From an uncultured virus (IMG/VR IMGVR_UViG_3300023109_001645) (taxonomy: Duplodnaviria; Heunggongvirae; Uroviricota; Caudoviricetes), in IMG/VR virus record IMGVR_UViG_3300023109_001645: a stretch of DNA of 57,670 bases. One strand, 5' to 3'. The notes beneath the pieces were generated by a model. The model was not told the DNA's origin, made no database searches, and was given only the letters and a program-made list of their open reading frames with translations. Shown piece after piece: positions 33,309 to 41,976 of this stretch. How positions within the stretch are numbered: position 1 is the first letter of the stretch; each line of letters opens with the position of its first letter. Both the position numbers and the translations under genes were made by a program.

Positions 33309-34498
33309 AAATTTATACTAAAACTGGCACAACAAGCATGTACTTTAACGAAAGTATAGTAGCCCGGATTGCCAAAAAGCCAGCCACTAAGCAAAGATTT
33401 GATCAAGGATCAGTATTTTGGTATGACCAACACGACGGTTCAGTTAATGAGCTACCGTTTAATGAATTCTTAGATAACAGAGTAGCTAAACAGTTGCGTA
33501 TAGATCCAACATCTAAAATTCTTTTATTTTATGGCGATGAATATATTAATAAAGCTGATATAAATCGTATATGCAGCAGTTTAATAGAAAAACAGGTTTC
33601 AGCAAAACAATTATATTTGATATGTATTGACGAAAACTTTAAAAACTGGGCAATCGATTTATTCGATGAACTAGGGTGCAACGGTGTAAATGTTACTGAT
33701 CTAAATGTGTTGTTACAAAGAGTTGATGTACCAGATTTAAAACCTAGTAAAATACAGAATAGATTTAATGCTTTTAGTAGAAATTATTTGGAATGGAGAC
33801 TACAATTCTTTTGCGAATTAATCGACAAAGACGTACTAAAGAATTTTGACTATACATTTAATAATATTACACCCTACACTCCAGTTAAGACATTTTCGCA
33901 TAAAGAAATGCTTACACATGCAAAAGAAATGGGTTATTCTCATACTCCGGAATTACTTAAATGGGTCGAGCGAATTCCGTATACTTTAGAAGGTACTTGG
34001 AAAGAAAAAATGCCAACCGAGATTTACCAAAAGATTGCATCGTCGGGTATTAGTGTTATAATAGAATCACACTTTGATCCTCTTTGGAATGGAAAAGATA
34101 GATTTAACATACATTGGAAAGAACTTAGTCCAGCTTTTCCAACAGAAAAAACTTACAAAGCTATAGGAATGACTAAGCCGTTTATAATAGTTTCTACTCC
34201 TGAGTTTTTAAAAGAATTTAAACAAATGGGTTATAAAACATTCCATCCGTACATAGATGAAACATACGATACAATTGAAAACAACAATGATCGAATGAAA
34301 GCAATAACATCTGAAATACAAAGACTATCAAATTTATCAGATCAAGAGTTTACCGCAGTAGTTACAGAATGCAAAAAGATTGCCGAACATAACGCACAGG
34401 TTATGCAAATCAAGCGAGCAAACTATTCGTTTCCACCAGAATTTAAATGGGTAGAAGAAATAATGACAAATACTTTTGCAAAACCTAAAGTAATATAA
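33305..34498 (+). CDS. Putative GT-B/GT10-like glycosyltransferase
   Basis: IIES...PTEKTYKAI...PFII...GYKTF.PYIDE.YD motif; start placed at the ATGA overlap (33305). Confidence 0.5.
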   Translation: MKIYTKTGTTSMYFNESIVARIAKKPATKQRFDQGSVFWYDQHDGSVNELPFNEFLDNRVAKQLRIDPTSKILLFYGDEYINKADINRICSSLIEKQVSAKQLYLICIDENFKNWAIDLFDELGCNGVNVTDLNVLLQRVDVPDLKPSKIQNRFNAFSRNYLEWRLQFFCELIDKDVLKNFDYTFNNITPYTPVKTFSHKEMLTHAKEMGYSHTPELLKWVERIPYTLEGTWKEKMPTEIYQKIASSGISVIIESHFDPLWNGKDRFNIHWKELSPAFPTEKTYKAIGMTKPFIIVSTPEFLKEFKQMGYKTFHPYIDETYDTIENNNDRMKAITSEIQRLSNLSDQEFTAVVTECKKIAEHNAQVMQIKRANYSFPPEFKWVEEIMTNTFAKPKVI

Positions 34499-34499
34499 T

Positions 34500-35501
34500 A
34501 TGCACATTTTTATAACAGGTATAGCTGGCTTTTTAGGAAGTCATTTAGCTGATAGATTTATTGAACTAGGACACACAGTGTCTGGTAATGATACACTCAT
34601 AGGCGGCTACGAAGATAATGTAAATCCGGAAGCCGTTTTATACAAAGTTGATTGTTGTGACAGGGCACGTATGACTGAAATTCTAAAAGATACTGATATA
34701 GTTATACATGCAGCAGCTACAGCCCATGAAGGCCTTAGTGTGGTAAGTCCAGATTTTATTACAAAAAATATATTCCAGGCAAGTGTAAGTGTTATAAGTG
34801 CTGCTCTTGCCAATAAAGTAAAACGATTTGTGTATTGTACATCTATGGCAAGGTACGGAGATCAGCAAACACCGTTTACAGAAGATATGCAACCTAAGCC
34901 AGTTGATCCGTATGGTATTGCAAAAGTAGCAGGAGAAGATGTGCTTAAAGCACTTAGCGAAACACACGGTATGGAGTGGAATATTGCAGTTCCACATAAT
35001 ATAGTTGGGCCAAGGCAACGATATGATGATCCGTTTCGTAATGTAATGAGCATTATGATAAACAGAAATTTACAAGGCAAGCCTGCTATAATATACGGTA
35101 ATGGACTACAAACAAGATGTTTTTCTTATGTTACTGATTGTGTTGATTGCTTAGAGCGTATGAGTTTAGATCCTAGTATTGTAAATGAAGTTATAAACAT
35201 AGGTCCGGACGAAGGTACAATTACTATTACAGAGTTAGCAAGTTTAGTTGCAAATGAAACAGGACTAAATGCAGCACCAATACATATGGAAGACAGGCCT
35301 CGTGAAGTAAAACATGCTATGTGTAGTGCTGACAAAGCAAGATCTCTATTAAATTACAAAACAACGACAGATATACAAACATCAGTTATGAAAACAACTG
35401 AATACATTAGACGCAGAGGTGTAAAACCGTTTGATTACACATTTCCATTAGAAATTGTAAACGATAAGACACCTAAGACTTGGAAAGATAGACTAATTTA
35501 A
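34500..35501 (+). CDS. NAD-dependent nucleotide-sugar epimerase/dehydratase (extended SDR)
   Basis: TGIAGFLG, YGIAK and NIVGP motifs. Confidence 0.9.
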   Translation: MHIFITGIAGFLGSHLADRFIELGHTVSGNDTLIGGYEDNVNPEAVLYKVDCCDRARMTEILKDTDIVIHAAATAHEGLSVVSPDFITKNIFQASVSVISAALANKVKRFVYCTSMARYGDQQTPFTEDMQPKPVDPYGIAKVAGEDVLKALSETHGMEWNIAVPHNIVGPRQRYDDPFRNVMSIMINRNLQGKPAIIYGNGLQTRCFSYVTDCVDCLERMSLDPSIVNEVINIGPDEGTITITELASLVANETGLNAAPIHMEDRPREVKHAMCSADKARSLLNYKTTTDIQTSVMKTTEYIRRRGVKPFDYTFPLEIVNDKTPKTWKDRLI

Positions 35502-36809
35502 ATGCATTTTTTATTCGAAGAGATAAAACACGGCGAGTTTAAAAACTTTGTTAAATGCCGAGACATTAATAGTTCACGAATACGTAGATTTACTCCTAGT
35601 CCTATGGCAATTGAGTTTTATAGACACCGTGAAAATTTAATGCACAGACATCATACATTTTCTACCACCCGAAGCAAACATCAACAATATATTATTGCAA
35701 CTGGTGTTGCACATGCTCCTTGGGATTGGTGTGGTCCTGATAACATAGGATTAGGCTTTGATAAAAATACTCCTGATAAAAGTTCATTATTTGCACACAT
35801 AGGTAAAAAACATCGGAAATCATTAAAAAGAAAAAATGCATTTTTACTAATAGATCAGTCTCACGAAGGATATCAAACAGAATGGTTATGGGCGTGGTTT
35901 CATAATAATTGTGAGGAGTATGGTATTCCGCCTACACAAATAATATATGTGACTGGAAATTTAGATAGCCGAGATCAATATAAAGAATGGTCCAAAGACC
36001 GATTAACAGGGGACAAAATTCTAGTAGTTCCTTATCCGCATTTTGAAAGTTCGATATCTAATATTTTAATTGACGGTATAGAAAATTACCCAACATTTGA
36101 ACAACAAGTAGAATATAAAAAAAATAATATAGACAGTATAAAAACTTATAGTGCATTACAAAAACGACCAAGGGCACACCGAGCATGGTTTTTTAAATAT
36201 CTAGTAGATTCTAACCTATTAGATTGTGGTATAAACAGTATGAATGCCTTCGAAATTAACAACACGCATTATGAAGGCAAGCAAATGACACCACAAGAAT
36301 ACGATAATGTCATAGACAAACTTCCAATTTTGCCGCCCAACACCAACAAACAAGGCTTAAAGGGATTTGCCAGCCAAGATTGCGGATCATATTTAACAAT
36401 GTTTAATGAGCAAATAATGTTAGATACATGGTTAACAGTAGTAAGCGAAGCATCTTTCGGCGAAAGCGAGAATGAATGTTTTCTTAGCGAAAAAACGTTT
36501 AAGCCAATTGCATGCTGTCATCCTTTTATAATAGCAGGTAACAAAGGATCGTTATCTAGGTTAAGAGAATTGGGTTATAAAACCTTTAGTCCATATATTA
36601 ATGAAGAGTATGATAATTTAAATACGTGGGAAAGGATGCCGGCAATTACTAAAGAACTTAAAAGAATAAACAATATGTCTTCTAAAGATAAATTAGATTG
36701 GTTTTGTAATCTAAAACCAATATTAGAATACAATTACGAACTTTTAAAATCTAAATCTAGTAATTCTTCGTCTGAGTATTTAAAAATTATAGAAAATTAT
36801 GTCGAGTAA
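35502..36809 (+). CDS. Putative GT-B/GT10-like glycosyltransferase (paralog of 33305)
   Basis: VVSE...FLSEKTFKPI...PFII.G...LGYKTF.PYI.E.YD motif. Confidence 0.5.
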   Translation: MHFLFEEIKHGEFKNFVKCRDINSSRIRRFTPSPMAIEFYRHRENLMHRHHTFSTTRSKHQQYIIATGVAHAPWDWCGPDNIGLGFDKNTPDKSSLFAHIGKKHRKSLKRKNAFLLIDQSHEGYQTEWLWAWFHNNCEEYGIPPTQIIYVTGNLDSRDQYKEWSKDRLTGDKILVVPYPHFESSISNILIDGIENYPTFEQQVEYKKNNIDSIKTYSALQKRPRAHRAWFFKYLVDSNLLDCGINSMNAFEINNTHYEGKQMTPQEYDNVIDKLPILPPNTNKQGLKGFASQDCGSYLTMFNEQIMLDTWLTVVSEASFGESENECFLSEKTFKPIACCHPFIIAGNKGSLSRLRELGYKTFSPYINEEYDNLNTWERMPAITKELKRINNMSSKDKLDWFCNLKPILEYNYELLKSKSSNSSSEYLKIIENYVE

Positions 36810-36817
36810 GAAAAGTT

Positions 36818-37843
36818 ATGTATAAATTACAAGTTAATGAAATAAACAAAGATTTAAAAAAGACTAAAAAAGCTATTATTGCAATAGGCTGTTCTTTTGT
36901 ACAAGGACAAGGAGCAATCGATGACGAATTGTATCAGGATTATGAATGGAATTATAAAGAAGGAGTTCCGCTCACTATTAATACTTCACACAAACAACGC
37001 AAACGAATTTTAAAAAAATACTCTAATATTACTGATGACGGAAATGGTACATTAGATTTTACCATGATGGAATATAAAAATGCATTTGTTAATGTATTGT
37101 GTAAAAAATATTTTAACGGGTTGTATACTCCTATTAATTTAGGAATTAGAGGATGCGGCAATCGAGGATCTATCAAAGAATTGTATATGTATCCTGATAT
37201 CAACTGGGACAGTATAAAAGAAATTATAGTGTTGTATGTTCCTAGTGGTCTCGAAAGATTTGATTTTATTAATGATCAATCCCAAGACCATTATAACTGG
37301 AAATGCATGTGGCCCCATTATGAAAATTGTACTGGACCTAGGCATAATCTATGGCAAGGCTATAGCGATACACTATATAGTGATAAATTTGAAGTATTAG
37401 AACAGCTTGCACATGTACAAGAATTAATGACATGGTGTAAATACAAAAATGCAAAACTAATAGTAACTCCTGGTTTTGATAGGAGATATGACAAAGAATA
37501 TTTTCAAGAATGTTTGGCACACGAAGTAGAACGAACTCATGATGAAACGTTTGTAAAATCATCTAAACCTTTATTATGGAAATCACCTGCTGACAAAACA
37601 CATTTATTAGATTTATTTCCTTGGTCTTCGATGTTTAGGCCCAACGGTCATGCTACATTTATAGATTTAGTATTGTCAATGGAAGAAACATTGGAAGATA
37701 AACAGGATCATTATATGCAGTTTTTAGGGAAAGGTTCATCTGAAGGATGGATAACTTCCTGTTCGCATCCTAGTCAAAAGAGTCATGATTTATTTGCTAA
37801 TCACTTATATAAACATATAGTTGAGGATAAAGTAGATGGCTAA
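36818..37843 (+). CDS. SGNH/GDSL-like hydrolase or acyltransferase
   Basis: IGCSF (block I), NLGIRGCGN (block II) and C-terminal HP. Confidence 0.65.
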   Translation: MYKLQVNEINKDLKKTKKAIIAIGCSFVQGQGAIDDELYQDYEWNYKEGVPLTINTSHKQRKRILKKYSNITDDGNGTLDFTMMEYKNAFVNVLCKKYFNGLYTPINLGIRGCGNRGSIKELYMYPDINWDSIKEIIVLYVPSGLERFDFINDQSQDHYNWKCMWPHYENCTGPRHNLWQGYSDTLYSDKFEVLEQLAHVQELMTWCKYKNAKLIVTPGFDRRYDKEYFQECLAHEVERTHDETFVKSSKPLLWKSPADKTHLLDLFPWSSMFRPNGHATFIDLVLSMEETLEDKQDHYMQFLGKGSSEGWITSCSHPSQKSHDLFANHLYKHIVEDKVDG

Positions 37844-38717
37844 AAAGAAAACAAGAGCAATGCTAGCAAGATTTCGTTCAAAAACTTCTAATACTGTAAA
37901 ACATTTCGAGTCATCCAATGATCCTAGTCTTCCAGATTATTTAGATAATCCTAAGATTCCATTCGGTATACAATCTGTTAGGAACTTTAATGACCAAACT
38001 CAGGATAGATCTCCAGCTCCTTCGCCTTGGATGCAGGGCGATAATCAAGAAACATTTAAGAAAAATAAAAAAGTAATGGGCGAAAAATGGAAATATTATG
38101 ACAAAACAATTACATATACTTTTAATGAACATGGATTTCGATGTCCCGAATGGGATCAGATAGATTGGAAAAATTCTATTGTATTATTTGGGTGTTCGTG
38201 TACATATGGCATTGGTTTATCAGACGAAGAAACTATTTCGGCACATTTAGAAAAATTGTCTAACAGACCAGTAATTAATCTAGGAGTACCTGGAGGATCC
38301 AACAGTTTGATGATACAAAATGCTACTAACTTGCTACATTTTTTTAAAGCGCCTTATGCTGTGGCTAATATTTGGAGTACTTCAGATAGATTTGAATATT
38401 TTTTAAAAGATAGTATTCATCATGCAGGACCATGGGACGGCAAGAATCAATCAGTAGATAATGTTCAAAAATTATGGCAATATACTTACGAGTATCCTGA
38501 TCATGAACAAGGACTTAATTATTACGAAACAAAAATTGGAAAATATTTGTGGCAAGATAGAAGCAAATATTCTGCTATATCATTTTTTCCATCTACTGTA
38601 ACACGCACACAATTAGAAAAACAGTTTGTAATAGATAATCAAGCTAGAGATTTAATTCATCCTGGCGAAAACAACGCTATAGAAGTAGCAAACTATTTAC
38701 ATGAGAGATTCAAATGA
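37836..38717 (+). CDS. SGNH/GDSL-like hydrolase or acyltransferase
   Basis: FGCSCTYG, NLGVPGGSN and DLIHPG motifs. Confidence 0.7.
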   Translation: MAKKKTRAMLARFRSKTSNTVKHFESSNDPSLPDYLDNPKIPFGIQSVRNFNDQTQDRSPAPSPWMQGDNQETFKKNKKVMGEKWKYYDKTITYTFNEHGFRCPEWDQIDWKNSIVLFGCSCTYGIGLSDEETISAHLEKLSNRPVINLGVPGGSNSLMIQNATNLLHFFKAPYAVANIWSTSDRFEYFLKDSIHHAGPWDGKNQSVDNVQKLWQYTYEYPDHEQGLNYYETKIGKYLWQDRSKYSAISFFPSTVTRTQLEKQFVIDNQARDLIHPGENNAIEVANYLHERFK

Positions 38718-40231
38718 GTGATTATAATAAATCAGCAGATGTAGCAGAAATACAACTAAAACGTATTTCTCCAAGCATGTGTTATGCCAAGTGGGCACAA
38801 ATGTCCATGCATTTAACCAACGGCACTACGCACAGTTGCTATCATCCTCCTTTACATAAAATTGATGTAGAAGAAATAAAAGAAAATCCTAGTGCTTTGC
38901 ATAATACAAAACAAAAAAAGCAAGAGCGTAAAGAAATGCTGGCTGGAAAACGTCCTGAAGGATGCAACTATTGTTGGAAAATTGAAGATCAAGGCGGACG
39001 CAGTGATAGGATATATCGTAGTGGCGAACAATGGGCACAAAATTCTAAAATAGATATTATTGAAGCATTGGATACAGGAGATATTACTCCTCGATATGTA
39101 GAAGTAAACTTTAATCAGGCCTGTAATTTAAAATGTTCTTATTGTAGCCCACATCTCAGCACTGCTTGGGAAGAAGAAATTAATAAATTTGGTTCTTATA
39201 GTATTATAAATGAAAAGGGCGAAAATGCAGAACACAACAACACTGAATATCTAGCAAAAGATGGATTGATGCCATTAAAAGTTCCACAAGCTGCTAATCC
39301 TTATGTAACAGCATTTTGGAAATGGTGGCCAGAGTTATATAAAAAACTTGAAGTATTTAGAATTACTGGCGGCGAGCCATTAATGGATGTTAATACATTT
39401 AAAGTTTTAGATTACATCTACGAAAATCCAAATGCGTGGCTAGAAGTTAGTGTAACTAGTAATTTTTCTCCTCCTAAAACTGAGCTAATGGACAAGTTCA
39501 TTGCCAAGTTAAAAAAATTAGAAGAAATACAAATATGGAAAGACGAAGAACGTTTTAATCCAGGCTCTGGCAACAATTGGTATGTTAACATGGCATTAAA
39601 AAATGTTGCTGTGTTTGTTAGTGTCGATAGTGTAGAAGAACAAGCTGAATACATTAGAACAGGATTAGATTATAGTGCAATGCAAGGTAATGTAGACAAG
39701 TTTTTAGCAGAAACTAATAACACAACAATGACGTTTATTAATACATTCAACGCACTAAGTGTTCCTAAATTTAAAAACTTTTTAGAATATGTACTTTCTT
39801 TAAGAGCTGAATATAGCAGAGACAATCAAGGAACAAAATATATTCCTATATATGATCAGTATAATACACACGACGATTATGAAATACATCCAAGGCAGCG
39901 TATTTGGTTTGATATTCCATTATTAAGAAATCCAGCATGGCAAGCAATACAAATATTACCACAAGAGTTTGATCATTATTTAGAAGATGCAATTGATTTT
40001 ATGAAAGCAAATTCTAATACAGATAATTTTGTAGGATTTTATGATTTTGAAATTAAAAAAGCAGAAAGAAATTTAGCAGCGTTACAAGCAAGAAATTTAA
40101 GCAGCCCAGAAGCACTTGAAAGAAACCGCCGCAATTTGGTTAAGTATTTTGATCAGCATGATATTCGTAGAAACACCAACTTTTGTAAAACATTTCCAGA
40201 ATTTGTTGAGTTATACAATCAATATTCTTGA
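38714..40231 (+). CDS. Radical SAM protein with N-terminal twitch domain (paralog of 31143)
   Basis: CNLKCSYC, GGEPL and CYAKW...GTTHSCYH...CNYC motifs. Confidence 0.9.
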   Translation: MSDYNKSADVAEIQLKRISPSMCYAKWAQMSMHLTNGTTHSCYHPPLHKIDVEEIKENPSALHNTKQKKQERKEMLAGKRPEGCNYCWKIEDQGGRSDRIYRSGEQWAQNSKIDIIEALDTGDITPRYVEVNFNQACNLKCSYCSPHLSTAWEEEINKFGSYSIINEKGENAEHNNTEYLAKDGLMPLKVPQAANPYVTAFWKWWPELYKKLEVFRITGGEPLMDVNTFKVLDYIYENPNAWLEVSVTSNFSPPKTELMDKFIAKLKKLEEIQIWKDEERFNPGSGNNWYVNMALKNVAVFVSVDSVEEQAEYIRTGLDYSAMQGNVDKFLAETNNTTMTFINTFNALSVPKFKNFLEYVLSLRAEYSRDNQGTKYIPIYDQYNTHDDYEIHPRQRIWFDIPLLRNPAWQAIQILPQEFDHYLEDAIDFMKANSNTDNFVGFYDFEIKKAERNLAALQARNLSSPEALERNRRNLVKYFDQHDIRRNTNFCKTFPEFVELYNQYS

Positions 40232-40256
40232 CAAATCAAATAATTTATGCTAGAAT
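40228..40256 (+). promoter_or_regulatory. Sigma70-type promoter with extended -10, probably giving a leaderless mRNA
   Basis: TTGACA (40228-33), 17-nt spacer, TGcTAGAAT (-10 at 40251-56). The ATG at 40263 sits at the expected +1 and has no SD. Confidence 0.8.
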
Positions 40257-40262
40257 ATTACA

Positions 40263-40937
40263 ATGTACGATATAGTCTTTATTAGTTACCAAGAGCCTTC
40301 AGCAGATGAAAACTATGCTGCACTAAAGGCACGATTTCCTATGGCTAAACGTGTACACGGAGTTAAAGGAATACACCAGGCACATATAAAGGCAGCAAAG
40401 AAATGCTTTACTAAAATGTTCTGGATTGTAGATGCAGATGCACTTATACTAGATACATTTAATTTTGATTATGAAGTTCCAGATCATCAATTAGATCACG
40501 TACATGTATGGAGAGCAAAGAATCCTATTAATGGATTAGAATATGGCTATGGAGGAGTAAAGTTATTTCCCCGCAAACTTACAATAGATATGGATACAAG
40601 TAAGGCGGATATGACTACAAGCATAAGTGAACATTTTATTGCTATAGATGAAGTTGCAAATACTACAGCATTTAATACAAGTCCATTTGAAACATGGAAA
40701 GGTGCATTTAGAGAATGTGCCAAATTAAGTAGTAAGACAATCTTGAGGCAAAACAATGAAGAAACAGACGATAGACTTAATACGTGGTGTACAAAAGGCT
40801 CTAAGGAACGCTATGGCAGCTACGCTCTTAATGGTGCTAATGCTGGTAGGAAGTTTGGGATTTCTAATAGGAGCAATATTAGTCTTATAAATGATTTTGA
40901 TTGGCTAAAGGAACAGTTTAATGCAGCTAGTTTCTAG
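40263..40937 (+). CDS. GT-A-like glycosyltransferase (paralog of 30223)
   Basis: DIVFISYQEP...AHIKAA...FWIVDADA (DxD) and YGYGGVKL motifs. Confidence 0.65.
   Translation: MYDIVFISYQEPSADENYAALKARFPMAKRVHGVKGIHQAHIKAAKKCFTKMFWIVDADALILDTFNFDYEVPDHQLDHVHVWRAKNPINGLEYGYGGVKLFPRKLTIDMDTSKADMTTSISEHFIAIDEVANTTAFNTSPFETWKGAFRECAKLSSKTILRQNNEETDDRLNTWCTKGSKERYGSYALNGANAGRKFGISNRSNISLINDFDWLKEQFNAASF
40756..40890 (+). CDS. Candidate overprinted 44-aa membrane peptide (+1 frame inside the glycosyltransferase)
   Basis: MKKQTIDLIRGVQKALRNAMAATLLMVLMLVGSLGFLIGAILVL; GAGG precedes ATG 40756 and TAAGGA precedes ATG 40813. Confidence 0.45.
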   Translation: MKKQTIDLIRGVQKALRNAMAATLLMVLMLVGSLGFLIGAILVL

Positions 40938-41976
40938 TATTAAGACAGTTCATGTTGAACTTACAGATAAATGTCAAGCACAGTGTCCTATGTGTGCCAG
41001 AAACTACCACGGCGGCGCCACTCGACCTTTTATACGTAACGGCGATATTAGTATTGAACAATTTAAAGAATGGTTTCCTCGACAATTCCTAGCACAATTA
41101 AATAATTTCTATAGTTGTGGTAACTACGGAGATCCTGCATTTGCAAAAGATTGTTTAGAAATATATGCATATGTACGTGAATGTAATCCAACAACACGGT
41201 TAGCAATCCATACCAATGGAGGTATGAGAAATCCTGCATGGTGGAAAAAACTAGCACAACATAATATTGATGTTATATTCGCAGTTGATGGTTTCAAAGG
41301 AAAGCACGAACTATATCGTAAAAATACAAATTTTGATAAAGTAATAGAAAATTTAAAAGCATTTATTGATGCTGGAGGCAATGCGTCAGTTGATAGTTTA
41401 GTATTTTTACACAACGAACACCAAGTAGATGAACTTGAAACATACTTGTTAAACATTGGAGTACAAAAAGTAAACTTTGTTAGTACGACACGATTCTACG
41501 AAATGAAAGAATACGAAGTACATGACAATAACGGCAATGTAGAATATACTATTGCTCCTGCACAAACACAAAGATTTAAAAAAACACCGTCAAAGTCATT
41601 AACGGCATTACTAGATAAAACGTATAGAGATTCTGCAATAGCTCATAGTACAATTACGCCTAAATGTGAAATAGAAAATGGTATATATGTAGATCCGTAT
41701 GGTGATATTTTTCCTTGTTGTTGGTTAGGAGGAGACTACTTAGAGCAGCCAATACAAGAAGTACTGCCAATACACCAATTGCGTAATCTAAGTGTTGAAA
41801 ATACCAAACAAGTATTGTTAGATGTTGGTATTCCTAACTGCAAAGATGGTATACTATCTAACAATGCAACGTTATTTAAAAAGTTGTCTGATTATTGGGA
41901 TGGAGTGGACAAATGTATGACATGTTCCCGACAATGTAGTAAACTAATGTATGAGAGTAATAACAAATATGAATGA
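40921..41976 (+). CDS. Radical SAM protein with C-terminal SPASM/twitch domain
   Basis: CQAQCPMC and GNYGDP motifs; C-terminal C...GDIFPCC...CMTC. Confidence 0.9.
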   Translation: MQLVSSIKTVHVELTDKCQAQCPMCARNYHGGATRPFIRNGDISIEQFKEWFPRQFLAQLNNFYSCGNYGDPAFAKDCLEIYAYVRECNPTTRLAIHTNGGMRNPAWWKKLAQHNIDVIFAVDGFKGKHELYRKNTNFDKVIENLKAFIDAGGNASVDSLVFLHNEHQVDELETYLLNIGVQKVNFVSTTRFYEMKEYEVHDNNGNVEYTIAPAQTQRFKKTPSKSLTALLDKTYRDSAIAHSTITPKCEIENGIYVDPYGDIFPCCWLGGDYLEQPIQEVLPIHQLRNLSVENTKQVLLDVGIPNCKDGILSNNATLFKKLSDYWDGVDKCMTCSRQCSKLMYESNNKYE

